Positions 37,975 through 47,013 of a stretch of DNA of 64,000 bases are shown in pieces. The number at the start of each line of letters is the position of its first letter. The stretch's first letter is position 1. Both the position numbers and the translations under genes were made by a program. The stretch is from positions 433,349-497,348 of the forward strand of contig JAAEQR010000195.1 of the NCBI GenBank assembly GCA_024231215.1. Direction: 5' to 3'. Source of the stretch: PVC group bacterium (GTDB lineage Bacteria > Omnitrophota > Gorgyraeia > B26-G9). The notes beneath the pieces were generated by a model that saw only the letters and a list, made by a program, of their open reading frames with translations, did not search any database and was not told the DNA's origin.

Positions 37975-39108
37975 ATGAAACGATTATTTGCATTGACCTT
38001 GGTGTGTCTATTTTTATTGTCCAGCATATGTTTTGCCGCTGATTGGCCGATGTTTCGAAAAGATGTAGAGCGCTCAGGTAATAGCGGTGAATATTTACAG
38101 TCGCCGCTTTCTGTAAAATGGGAATTTAAAGCTAGTGGTAAAATAGTTTCTTCTCCTACTGTGTTTGACGGAAAAGTTTATGTTGGCTCAAGAGATGGTA
38201 ATGTATATGCGCTAAACGCTCAGACCGGTAAGAGTATTTGGAGTTTTGAAGCCGGAGATTGGGTGGACTCTTCTTGTACGGTAACTAATGACGGAGTGTA
38301 TTTTAGCTGCCGGAACGGGCTTTTTTATTGTCTGGATTCCGAGACAGGAGAAGTTAAATGGCAATATGAGACCATGGGGACGGATTCATCTTCCCCGCTG
38401 GTTGTGGACGGTAAGGTTTTTTGCGGGTCTGGGTTTGAAAATAAATTTATTTATGCTTTGGATGCCAAACTGGGTATATTGCTTTGGCAGACAGATACTC
38501 AGCAGATGGTTTATTCTTCGCCTGCATATTCCCAGGGCAAGGTTTATGTTGGATCTAATGATGGGTATGTTTATTGTCTGGATGAAAATTCCGGGACAGT
38601 GAAGTGGAAATATAATACAGGATCTGAACTATATTATTCTACTCCGGCAATTGGCAATGATAAGTTATATATTGCGCCGGGAAAATTTAATTGGAAAGTC
38701 TATGCGTTAAATGTTAATTCCGGAAGCGTTGCTTGGGAGTATGAAGTGGAAGATAAAAAAGAAACCCCAACTTATGTATCCAGTGTGGCGGTGGCGCAAA
38801 ATTCCATATTCTTTGTTTCAGGATATGAGAAGCAATATATATATTGTATTGATGTTAATACCGGAACGCTTAAATGGAAAGGACTCTTAGGCGCGGCATT
38901 ACGTTATGGTTTTGCGTCGTCACCTTGTATTACCGAAGATATGATTTATGTGTGTTCATCAAAAGGCACGCTTAAGGCGTTTGATCCAGATAGTGGAGAG
39001 TTGCAATGGGAAGAGATGATAGCCAAAGGAGTGCTTTCTTCTCCGGCAATAGTGAATCAAGTATTGTACATTTCTGCTTTTGACGGTACTGTGTATGCTT
39101 TAGAATAG
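37975..39108 (+). CDS. secreted PQQ-repeat beta-propeller protein (BamB/PQQ-enzyme-repeat-like)
   Basis: Signal peptide MKRLFALTLVCLFLLSSICFA|AD. Repeated …GKVYVGSxDGxVYALxxxTGxxxWxxx… blades (about 7-8). Confidence 0.8.
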   Translation: MKRLFALTLVCLFLLSSICFAADWPMFRKDVERSGNSGEYLQSPLSVKWEFKASGKIVSSPTVFDGKVYVGSRDGNVYALNAQTGKSIWSFEAGDWVDSSCTVTNDGVYFSCRNGLFYCLDSETGEVKWQYETMGTDSSSPLVVDGKVFCGSGFENKFIYALDAKLGILLWQTDTQQMVYSSPAYSQGKVYVGSNDGYVYCLDENSGTVKWKYNTGSELYYSTPAIGNDKLYIAPGKFNWKVYALNVNSGSVAWEYEVEDKKETPTYVSSVAVAQNSIFFVSGYEKQYIYCIDVNTGTLKWKGLLGAALRYGFASSPCITEDMIYVCSSKGTLKAFDPDSGELQWEEMIAKGVLSSPAIVNQVLYISAFDGTVYALE

Positions 39109-39380
39109 GCCGCTAAGATTACGTTTGGAGTTTACCGTGGCGAGTTTTTTCAGGAGAATTTCTTATTTCCCCTTATACACGCTGAACTAAGAGATATATT
39201 ATTGGCATTAGCGCATTTTGCGCAGGCTAAAGCATTAACCTCATAAACATCCCGGGATTCTATGCGGGGCGGATCATATCGTTTTTTTTGATTTCTTTTC
39301 TTGTTTTCCATTTTTCACCTCCTAATTTTTAGTAACGGACAGATACAGAGGTCTGTCCCTACATAATTAAAAAAATATTT

Positions 39381-41147
39381 TTAGCGTCTTTTTTTCTTTT
39401 CGTTTTTTGTTTGTACTTTTTTCTGCTTGGTGTCATATCCTACGATTTTTCGTACGGCCTGTTTAAGCTGCCCACGGTTTTTTGTATTTTTAATTGCGAG
39501 CAGCTTATCTTTATCAGGCTGGGTCATATCTTCTAAGTCTTTAAGGCTTCTTAGGATATGCGGGGTTAGAAAAACTAAAAGTTCTGTTTTTAAAAGTGAT
39601 TTTTCTGTTTTCTTAAACAAATGCCCGATAAAGGGAATATCTCCGAGTAAGGGGATTTTATGCTCGATAATACTGTCGTTATCCCGCATTAATCCGCCTA
39701 AGACAACGGTATGACCATCTGGGATAATAACCGTGGCATTGGCTTCGCGTTTATTGATAATGCTTGCGTCAAATAAAGTTTGTGCGCTTAAATCCTTTAA
39801 CTCAGCATGGACTTTTAAATTCACAAAACCGTCCTGGCTGATACGGGGCAGGACTTTTAATTGTAAGCCTACATCTTCATATTTAAAATTCACAGTGCTG
39901 ACATTATTCACCAGATCAGTTACCGAAGATTCGATGATCGGTATTTCCTGTCCCACGGTAATAGATGATTCCTGGTTATTGGAAGCCAGAATTCTCGGGG
40001 TAGAGATTACTTTACTGTTTTCCTGTGAATCAAGGATAAAACCCAGCAGGTTTGAAGTTTCTTTTTGCGTGAGGATGCGATAAGTGAATCCTTGGGTAGA
40101 AGCATTGGTAGATAACCCAAGCATAGAATGGAAAATGCTTTCTTTATCTCCGGCAGCTGAGCCAAGGTCAACTTTTACTCCTTCTGTGGTTACAGTCGGG
40201 CTTGTTGCACTTGAATATTCAACTCCCATTACAAAGTCGTCGTCAAGTGTAACGTCCATAAGAATGACTTCAATCATTGCCTGAGGAGGGAAGACATCAA
40301 GTTTTTGGATCAATCGTTCTATGGCTGGGAAATTTACCGGGAAAGTAGCGACAACTACAGAGTTGGTTTCTTCTTCGGCAAATGCCTGTATTTCTCCGAA
40401 TATTTCCAGTGGGATATTATCAGGGCTGAGTTCTTTAACCATGGGGTATTGAATATCTTTATCTTTTTTTGATAATTCGTTGAGAATTTCTGCAATTTTT
40501 TTCGAATCTCCGTAGTTGATTATGAAAGGTTTTACCTGCATTTTAGCCGGCATGGAACGGTCTAGTTCGCTTATGATTGTGGCCAGTCTTTTTATGTTTG
40601 ATGATACGTCGGTTAGGATTATCGTGTTAGTACGATCATGTGCCAGGATATTTCCGTGCTTGCCGACTAATGATTGAATATCATTTTTTACTTTTGCTGC
40701 AGACGCATATTTAAGGGGCATAACCTGAGTGGTGACTACGTCTTTTTCTTCGATTAGTTCGGGAAAACTGCCGATATTTACAGCTACATTTGTTTGTTTT
40801 GTTTCGGAGATTGGAACGACTTTAAGTGCGTTTTGGGATTTTACCAGAGTGAATCCTCGGATCATCAGTGCACTTTCTAATATGTTGGCTACGGTTTCCG
40901 GAGCGACTTTGTCCAGGCTTATAATGTTTATTTTGCCTTTTAATTGGGTGTGGGGAATGATCACTGTTTCAGTGATATCTCCGAGGACATTAAGCACTTG
41001 ATTAATGTCCGCATTTTGAAAGCTTAAAGAAATCAAATTATCTTCATTTTCCATCGTTGTTTCTAAGTCGATATCCTGAGAGAATACCGGTGGTATTAGC
41101 ACTAAAATAGATGCTAACAGCAAAATAAGTATATTTAGTTTTTTCAT
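39381..41147 (-). CDS. secretin (PilQ/GspD family outer-membrane channel)
   Basis: Conserved secretin C-terminal domain (…VVLGGLMRDNDSIIEHKIPLLGDIPFIGHLFKKTEKSLLKTELLVFLTPHIL…). N-terminal signal peptide. Last gene of the minus-strand pilus-like operon. Confidence 0.85.
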   Translation of the reverse strand: MKKLNILILLLASILVLIPPVFSQDIDLETTMENEDNLISLSFQNADINQVLNVLGDITETVIIPHTQLKGKINIISLDKVAPETVANILESALMIRGFTLVKSQNALKVVPISETKQTNVAVNIGSFPELIEEKDVVTTQVMPLKYASAAKVKNDIQSLVGKHGNILAHDRTNTIILTDVSSNIKRLATIISELDRSMPAKMQVKPFIINYGDSKKIAEILNELSKKDKDIQYPMVKELSPDNIPLEIFGEIQAFAEEETNSVVVATFPVNFPAIERLIQKLDVFPPQAMIEVILMDVTLDDDFVMGVEYSSATSPTVTTEGVKVDLGSAAGDKESIFHSMLGLSTNASTQGFTYRILTQKETSNLLGFILDSQENSKVISTPRILASNNQESSITVGQEIPIIESSVTDLVNNVSTVNFKYEDVGLQLKVLPRISQDGFVNLKVHAELKDLSAQTLFDASIINKREANATVIIPDGHTVVLGGLMRDNDSIIEHKIPLLGDIPFIGHLFKKTEKSLLKTELLVFLTPHILRSLKDLEDMTQPDKDKLLAIKNTKNRGQLKQAVRKIVGYDTKQKKVQTKNEKKKRR

Positions 41148-41710
41148 TTTGTCCTCCTGACTCCCCTTCTTAATTTTTGCATAGTATTTAACGGATAATC
41201 GTCCTTGTTTTCGCCGGTATAGGCTGGGCTTATTGAAATAGTTTTCGGCTCATTATTATTAGCTGGCAATGGAGTACTGCTGAGACCGGCTTGTTTGAGT
41301 TTTAAATCAAATAGCTGGTTGTTGCGTTCCAATATAATTTTATTTTTCTGAATATCTTTAACTATATAGTTTTCGATGCTATCGTTTATCCCGACATAAA
41401 ATCCTTTATCCTGATTTTTCTTTTCGACGATGGCTTTGTACCCGTTTTTCAGATTTACTACTCCGGTCAGGATAAGATCTCTGGCTTTGGCAGATCCATC
41501 GTTACCCGGGAAGGCGCTTTGTATACCTGAACTCTGAACTTCGGCATTCAAATCTTTTGTGGGACGAAAAAAATTTCTTTTTTCAATAATTTCATAATAA
41601 GATAGAGGAGGGATGTTTTCTTGCGCGGTACAGTTTTGTAGTCCCCAGCACATAGCCCATAGACAAAAAATTGTTAATATAATAAAGATTTTTGATTCTT
41701 GTGTTTTCAT
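41144..41710 (-). CDS. PilP/GspC-like secretin-associated periplasmic protein (tentative)
   Basis: Small protein with N-terminal signal/lipoprotein-like segment (MKTQESKIFIILTIFCLWAMCWGLQNC), encoded between the PilO-like gene and the secretin. Likely start at 41710 overlapping the upstream stop as ATGA. Assigned by position only. Confidence 0.35.
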   Translation of the reverse strand: MKTQESKIFIILTIFCLWAMCWGLQNCTAQENIPPLSYYEIIEKRNFFRPTKDLNAEVQSSGIQSAFPGNDGSAKARDLILTGVVNLKNGYKAIVEKKNQDKGFYVGINDSIENYIVKDIQKNKIILERNNQLFDLKLKQAGLSSTPLPANNNEPKTISISPAYTGENKDDYPLNTMQKLRRGVRRTK

Positions 41711-42240
41711 CTCTGCTCCTTTAACAATATTGTAGAAATTACGAGATGACATTTTAATAAGGCTGATCGTTCTGATTTTGGTTCAAGTCGGAGTTTTTTA
41801 GCAACTAAAACCACAGATGACTTTCTCATTTGATAAAGAAATCGAACCAGGTTGCCTAAATTAGCCTGCATGTTTATTTCTACGGAGACTTCGTTGAATG
41901 CTCCCAAGTCGCGTAAAGGCAGAGGGTTCATTGTTTCAACATGGACATTGGTATATTCAGCTACAGAGCCGATAGCATTAAGAAACGTGTTTTCACCGCG
42001 TTCTAAGCTTAGCTTTGCCTGAACTTTTCGACTTAGATCAGAAAATCTCTTGGTTAATTCTTCTTTTTGTCCGATAATTTCACGACTTTTTTCTAATAGA
42101 ATTTTTTTCTTTTTAATTTCACTAGTTTGGCGCGTCCAATTTCTAGAGAAAGGAGAAATGATCTTACTGGAGATAAGAACAATAATTACGCCGCATGCTG
42201 CTGCCATAAGTATCTTTTTTCTATGTTTTAGAAAATTCAC
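41707..42240 (-). CDS. PilO/GspM-like inner-membrane pilus assembly protein (tentative)
   Basis: Single N-terminal TM (ILMAAACGVIIVLISSKII) followed by a coiled-coil/periplasmic region. Positioned between the PilM-N fusion and the PilP-like gene. Confidence 0.45.
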   Translation of the reverse strand: MNFLKHRKKILMAAACGVIIVLISSKIISPFSRNWTRQTSEIKKKKILLEKSREIIGQKEELTKRFSDLSRKVQAKLSLERGENTFLNAIGSVAEYTNVHVETMNPLPLRDLGAFNEVSVEINMQANLGNLVRFLYQMRKSSVVLVAKKLRLEPKSERSALLKCHLVISTILLKEQR

Positions 42241-42241
42241 G

Positions 42242-44074
42242 TTATTTTGCCTCCAGTTTGTTTAATTCGCAGATTATTTCAAAATCAACTATTTCTTTGC
42301 CTGGGATGTCTTTTTTCTTGGTATAGATGATTTTAGCATTTTCAAAGAAAGACGACTCATTTAGCCTCTGTGAAAATTTTACTACGGATGAATGAGCCTG
42401 GGCTATTCCGGTGCAGACACTAGAATTATTCCTTTCAAAGGCAAAGCTGTCCAGAGTTATATCATAGGGGACGAGTATGCTTATTTCCCGAACAACCTCC
42501 ATGCAGGAATTTTTCACGGAAATATAACCTTCAATGCTTTGGATTTTATCACGAAGTTTTTGTGCTGAATCAAGAGCTGGTTTTAATTCTGCGATTTTGA
42601 CGTCCAGATTTTTTATGATGCTTTCACGATATCCGACAAACATTGTCGGTACAAGTAAAGATATCGCAGTGATACCCGTGATTATCCCGGCAAGAACAGA
42701 TATTTGCGTTTTTCTCTTTTTATGTGTTAGTTCCTGTTTTATTTTTCTTGGCAGAAGATTTAGTTTTAATGGATTAAAGTTTTCTGATTCGGGGATAATA
42801 ATTCCTAATGAAGTTGCAAATTCAGGAAAACATTGTTCATGTTTAGCTATTTGGGGCAGGGCCTGGATTTCTACAGGCATTTTCTGATTAGTTATTTTTG
42901 TTTTCAGGGAGTCACGTAAATAGTCATTAAGATTAATGATGCGTGATCCGCCGCCGCTTAAGATTATTTGGTCAAGCGTGGTTATGCCATGCTCTAATTG
43001 CATTGATTCAGTGGTGCGTTTTATCTCATTGAGGAGTTTGTCTGCCCATGCTTTGGTAATGTCTGAAATTGTTTTTTTTGTTTTTGTATTTTGTTTTTTT
43101 GTCAGGACAATTCCATTATCTTTTTTTATTTTTTCTGCATTTTCAAATTCTATATTGAATTTTCTGCTTAAATCAAGCGTGAGGTTTTCGGATCCCCAAT
43201 GGATGCCGCGGCTTAAAATTAATTGTTTATCTTTAATAATATTCATGTCGCAGTATTCAGCGCCAATATTCAGCTGCATGTGAACACCTTCAAAAGGCAG
43301 TGAATTGACTATGGAGTTGTAGAGAGATAGAGCGCTTACAGCAATCGAGTGTGGGTGTAAATTCACGGTTTTTAACAATCTAAGGTGTTTTGCAATATCT
43401 TCTTTTTTAATTGCAGCGACGATGACCTGTGTTCGGGATTCTTTTTTGGCAAGAATTTGATAATCAATCTCTATGTCTGAGAGGGGAAACGGTAAATGAC
43501 GCTCTGCTTCAAATTCAATCATTTTATCTATTTCATTATCGTTTTGGGTTGGTAAGTCGATTAGTTTTATTACTACCTTACTTCGCGGAATGAGTGTAGT
43601 TAAATGCGCTTTTTCTAAAATGTCCGAAGAGATGTTTTGGTGGATACTTTCATGGATAAATGCGAACATTTTTTCTTCGGTTGTATTGCTGACAAGATAG
43701 GGAATGGATATACAGACTACGTTTGTTAATATAAAGTTTTCTTTTTCTTTCTTTATTTCTAGTATTTTTAAATTTCGAGATCCAAAATCAATGATTAAAT
43801 TGTAAGGGGCTTCTTGACTAATTGCTTGGCAGCAATATCCGTATAGAGAAGATGGCAGAGTTTTTATTTGATTTAATGATAACCCTTTTTTTAGGTGTCC
43901 GGCCAGGGTTTTTCCTTCTGAGAAAAGAAAATCAGGGGTTGTGACCGGAGGATGATTTTCATCCTTTTTACTCTTATCAACCTGATGGAATAGAGCGTCC
44001 AGTCCCAAGCCTTTTATTCTTGAGCGTACGACTTTATCCAAATGTTCTTGGTTTGTTTTATTTTTATCGCTCAT
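42242..44074 (-). CDS. PilM-PilN fusion protein (actin-like ATPase-fold PilM/GspL cytoplasmic domain + PilN-like TM/periplasmic part)
   Basis: PilM-like N-terminal part (…NLIIDFGSRNLKILEI…, …QLNIGAEYCDMNII…, …ILSGGGSRI…). A TM segment (VLAGIITGITAISLLVPTMFVGY) precedes a C-terminal PilN-like region. Confidence 0.6.
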   Translation of the reverse strand: MSDKNKTNQEHLDKVVRSRIKGLGLDALFHQVDKSKKDENHPPVTTPDFLFSEGKTLAGHLKKGLSLNQIKTLPSSLYGYCCQAISQEAPYNLIIDFGSRNLKILEIKKEKENFILTNVVCISIPYLVSNTTEEKMFAFIHESIHQNISSDILEKAHLTTLIPRSKVVIKLIDLPTQNDNEIDKMIEFEAERHLPFPLSDIEIDYQILAKKESRTQVIVAAIKKEDIAKHLRLLKTVNLHPHSIAVSALSLYNSIVNSLPFEGVHMQLNIGAEYCDMNIIKDKQLILSRGIHWGSENLTLDLSRKFNIEFENAEKIKKDNGIVLTKKQNTKTKKTISDITKAWADKLLNEIKRTTESMQLEHGITTLDQIILSGGGSRIINLNDYLRDSLKTKITNQKMPVEIQALPQIAKHEQCFPEFATSLGIIIPESENFNPLKLNLLPRKIKQELTHKKRKTQISVLAGIITGITAISLLVPTMFVGYRESIIKNLDVKIAELKPALDSAQKLRDKIQSIEGYISVKNSCMEVVREISILVPYDITLDSFAFERNNSSVCTGIAQAHSSVVKFSQRLNESSFFENAKIIYTKKKDIPGKEIVDFEIICELNKLEAK

Positions 44075-44831
44075 TGTTTTTTTCTACGACTTCCTTTGCT
44101 AAGTCCATAAAGTGTCGGGCTGCTTCATCCTGTGGTGCATATGCATGGATATGCTGTCCATGCATTTCAGCTTCCGGAATTTTCCTGCTGCGGTGAATGA
44201 TCGTATCGAATACTTTCCGAGAAGTGAAATATTCGGTGATTGTTTTAGTTACCGAAGAATGAAGTGTTATCGACGGATCGAACATATTTACCGCTACTCC
44301 GAGAAAAGATGTGTAGTGCTCTAAGTCTTCTTTTATTTTTAATATTGTGCTCATTAACATACTCATGCCTTTGAGAGCATAACTGTTTGGTTCAATTGGG
44401 ACAAGTAAAGCATTGCTTGCGACAATAGCATTGACTGTTAATATCCCTAAAGAGGGAGGGGAGTCAATGAGTACAAAGTCATATTTTTCCGCTTCTGAAC
44501 GTAATGCCTTTCTTAGTTTAAATGGACGGGTAATATCTGAAGCAAGTTCTGTTTCTGCGCCGGAAAGACTGATATTTGCCGGGGCAATGGCCCAGTTATC
44601 AAGCTGATGCGGAAGGATGATATCGCTTAGAGGAACATCATTGACCAGGGTGTCATAGATAGTATCATCCAAAGTATTGGTTTCAATGCCCATGCCGTCG
44701 GAAGAATTGCCCTGAGGATCCATATCAATGGTAAGAACCCGATACCCCAGTATGGCTAGTGCAGCGGAAAGATTAATCGTAATTGTGGTTTTCCCCACCC
44801 CACCTTTTTGATTAGTTACCGCAATAATCAT
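44064..44831 (-). CDS. ParA/MinD-family P-loop ATPase
   Basis: Deviant Walker A KGGVGKTT at the N-terminus (MIIAVTNQKGGVGKTTITINLS). Walker B …VLIDSPP…. Confidence 0.85.
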   Translation of the reverse strand: MIIAVTNQKGGVGKTTITINLSAALAILGYRVLTIDMDPQGNSSDGMGIETNTLDDTIYDTLVNDVPLSDIILPHQLDNWAIAPANISLSGAETELASDITRPFKLRKALRSEAEKYDFVLIDSPPSLGILTVNAIVASNALLVPIEPNSYALKGMSMLMSTILKIKEDLEHYTSFLGVAVNMFDPSITLHSSVTKTITEYFTSRKVFDTIIHRSRKIPEAEMHGQHIHAYAPQDEAARHFMDLAKEVVEKNNER

Positions 44832-45032
44832 TTACCCTTTCTTAATTTCATCCCCAAAGAGGGCTTTTATCTTGATTAGGTCTTCGTAAGTGTAGTATCT
44901 CCAGTGCTTACTGTCTCTTTTTGCTTTGGGCAATATGCCCTTGTCTTCATAATTTTTTATAGTTTGGATAGAAACACTTAATTCTTTGGCCAGTTGGTTG
45001 ATTTTGATCTTTTTTTCTTTCATGGTTGGCAT
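44832..45032 (-). CDS. MerR/excisionase-type HTH DNA-binding protein
   Basis: 66 aa with an HTH region (KINQLAKELSVSIQTIKNYEDKGIL). First gene of the minus-strand operon. Confidence 0.55.
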   Translation of the reverse strand: MPTMKEKKIKINQLAKELSVSIQTIKNYEDKGILPKAKRDSKHWRYYTYEDLIKIKALFGDEIKKG

Positions 45033-45070
45033 TTTTCCCCTTATCGACTTTTGCCCCTAAACTCAACAAA

Positions 45071-45099
45071 ATTATAATACTTTTCGCTAGTTTTGTCAA
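45071..45099 (-). promoter_or_regulatory. consensus sigma-70 promoter (TTGACA-N17-TATAAT) on the minus strand driving merR-parA-pilMN-pilO-pilP-secretin
   Basis: The reverse complement of 45071..45100 reads attgacaaaactagcgaaaagtattataat. The -35 maps to 45094..45099 and the -10 to 45071..45076. The ATG of the HTH gene is at 45032. Confidence 0.55.
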
Positions 45100-45110
45100 T
45101 GTTTCTTTAC

Positions 45111-45139
45111 TTGACCCTTAAAAATAATTTTGCTATAAT
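45111..45139 (+). promoter_or_regulatory. near-consensus sigma-70 promoter (TTGACC-N17-TATAAT) for the pilB/gspE operon, arranged back-to-back with the minus promoter
   Basis: ttgacc (45111-45116), a 17-nt spacer, then tataat (45134-45139). About 150-nt leader before ATG 45288. Confidence 0.55.
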
Positions 45140-45287
45140 ACAAAATGATGTAGTATACTATATACTAGTAAAGACATATTATAATAATGTGTCAGCCCGC
45201 CAAAAGGATTGGCGAGGCTTAATTTGCGTAGATTACTTAGCTTCACGTTGTTTGCTAAGTAATACGCTTATTAAGGAAGAATCAAGG

Positions 45288-47006
45288 ATGACCGTAAATT
45301 CCAGAGTCCAATTTATTGGAAATCTGCTGGTTGAAAAAGGATTTTTGACCAAAGCAGCCGGGGAGAAAATTTCTCAAAAAATTACTCCCAAAGACATTCC
45401 TCAATCCCAGGAGGAGTTAGAGGCTCTATTTCTTGAACCGGGGATTGTTTCCGAAGAAGATTTGCTTACCGCATATAGCCAGCATCTTAATATTCCTTAC
45501 CTGGATTTAAGTACTCAGAAAATAGATTCCAAAACAGTGGCATTTATCCCGGCAAAATTTGCTAATAAGAATAAAGTGATTGTAATCAAAAAAGAGGATG
45601 ACAAGCTTTTTGTGGCTATGCGTAATCCTTTTGCGATTGATGTGCTGGATGAACTTAAAATATTAACAAAGCTTTATATCCAGCCGGTATTGAGTAGATC
45701 GGAAGATATTTTAAATGCAATAGGTATTTATTACGGGGTAGGAGCAGAAACAGTAGAAACCTTAGTGCAGGATAAAAAAACAGAATCGTCTCAGGAATTA
45801 GGAGGGGGGATACAAGAGGCAGAAGATGAAGATAAGGGGACAAATGATGCTTCAATTATTCAATATGTAAATCAGATATTGCTCGAAGCTTATCGTAAAC
45901 GCGCTACAGATATTCATATTGAGCCGTTTGAACAGACATTACGTATCCGTTATCGTATCGACGGAATATTGTCTGAGGCGAAAACTCCGACAGAACTTAA
46001 AAGATTACATGTTTCTATAATCTCCCGTTTAAAAATTATGGCTAACCTGAACATTGCTGAGAAACGCAGACCTCAGGACGGCCGTTGTAAAATGAAATTG
46101 CAGTCAGAAGAGATAGATCTGAGATTGTCCACTTTTCCAACGCTTTATGGGGAAGGGGTTAGTATTCGGCTTTTAACCAAAAGCATGATTCTTTTAGGGG
46201 TTGATCAATTAGGATTATCAAAAGATATGGTTGATCAATTAAAGGGTATTTTGCAAAAAACAAATGGCATGGTGCTGGTTACCGGACCTACCGGATGCGG
46301 GAAAACAACTACGCTTTATTCTTGTTTGAATTATCTAAACACTTCTCAGGTGAATATTATTACTTTGGAAGACCCGGTTGAATATCAATTAGAAGGAGTA
46401 AATCAGATACAGATTAATCCGCAGGCTGATTTGGTGTTTTCCAGCGGATTGCGTTCAATATTACGTCAGGATCCGGATATTATCATGGTCGGGGAAGTAC
46501 GTGATTTAGAAACTGCGCAAATTGCAGTGCGCGCGGCACTTACCGGACATCTTCTTTTTAGTACTTTACATACCAATAATGCTTTAGCAACAATTACACG
46601 GTTGCTGGATCTGGGTATTGAGCCGTTCCTGGTGAGCGGTACGGTCAGAGGTGTAATTGCTCAACGGTTAGTGAGGAAGATTTGTGAGAGCTGTAAAAAG
46701 AAATATAAGCCGGATAGAAAACTCCTGAAAATGGTTGGGATGGAAAAACAGAAAATAAATTTTGTTAGAGGTAAAGGTTGTGAAAAATGTAATAATACAG
46801 GATACAAAGGGCGTATCGGTATTTATGAATTGCTTTTGATAGACGAACATTTGGGTGCGCTTATATCTTCCGGAGCATCGGTGATTGAGCTAAAAAAGCA
46901 GGCTCAGAAAAATGGAATGAAAAGTTTAAAAGAAGATGGATTTGACAAGGTGCGTCAAGGTCAAACAACTATAGAAGAAGTGATCAGGGTTACCGAACAG
47001 GAATAA
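45288..47006 (+). CDS. type II secretion / type IV pilus assembly ATPase (GspE/PilB family)
   Basis: Walker A GPTGCGKTTT. Conserved GspE segments (RIRYRIDGIL, …MVGEVRD…, HLLFSTLHTNNA). Tetra-Cys Zn motif (CESCKK…CEKCNNTG). Start set at ATG 45288 (MTVNSRVQF…) with RBS aaggaag. ORF-track residues 1-65 cover the promoter region. Confidence 0.9.
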   Translation: MTVNSRVQFIGNLLVEKGFLTKAAGEKISQKITPKDIPQSQEELEALFLEPGIVSEEDLLTAYSQHLNIPYLDLSTQKIDSKTVAFIPAKFANKNKVIVIKKEDDKLFVAMRNPFAIDVLDELKILTKLYIQPVLSRSEDILNAIGIYYGVGAETVETLVQDKKTESSQELGGGIQEAEDEDKGTNDASIIQYVNQILLEAYRKRATDIHIEPFEQTLRIRYRIDGILSEAKTPTELKRLHVSIISRLKIMANLNIAEKRRPQDGRCKMKLQSEEIDLRLSTFPTLYGEGVSIRLLTKSMILLGVDQLGLSKDMVDQLKGILQKTNGMVLVTGPTGCGKTTTLYSCLNYLNTSQVNIITLEDPVEYQLEGVNQIQINPQADLVFSSGLRSILRQDPDIIMVGEVRDLETAQIAVRAALTGHLLFSTLHTNNALATITRLLDLGIEPFLVSGTVRGVIAQRLVRKICESCKKKYKPDRKLLKMVGMEKQKINFVRGKGCEKCNNTGYKGRIGIYELLLIDEHLGALISSGASVIELKKQAQKNGMKSLKEDGFDKVRQGQTTIEEVIRVTEQE

Positions 47007-47013
47007 TAAAGTA

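Noticed and set aside
39109-39150. Possible intrinsic terminator after the PQQ propeller gene (gccgc…gtggcgagTTTTTT)
   Set aside because: The stem is imperfect (4/5 bp) with a ~27-nt loop. The T-run exists but the hairpin is too weak to call a terminator confidently.
39427-41001. Four plus-strand ORFs (39427-39714, 39733-40083, 40084-40284, 40729-41001) overlapping the secretin gene
   Set aside because: They run antisense to a well-supported secretin CDS with a conserved C-terminal domain. No RBS or family resemblance.
45093-45287. ORF-track N-terminal extension of the GspE/PilB gene (residues 1-65, MSMFLYLTLKNNF…)
   Set aside because: The extension covers the divergent promoter region (consensus -35/-10 elements at 45111-45139) and is AT-rich and low-complexity. 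The conserved ATPase begins after ATG 45288, which has an RBS.
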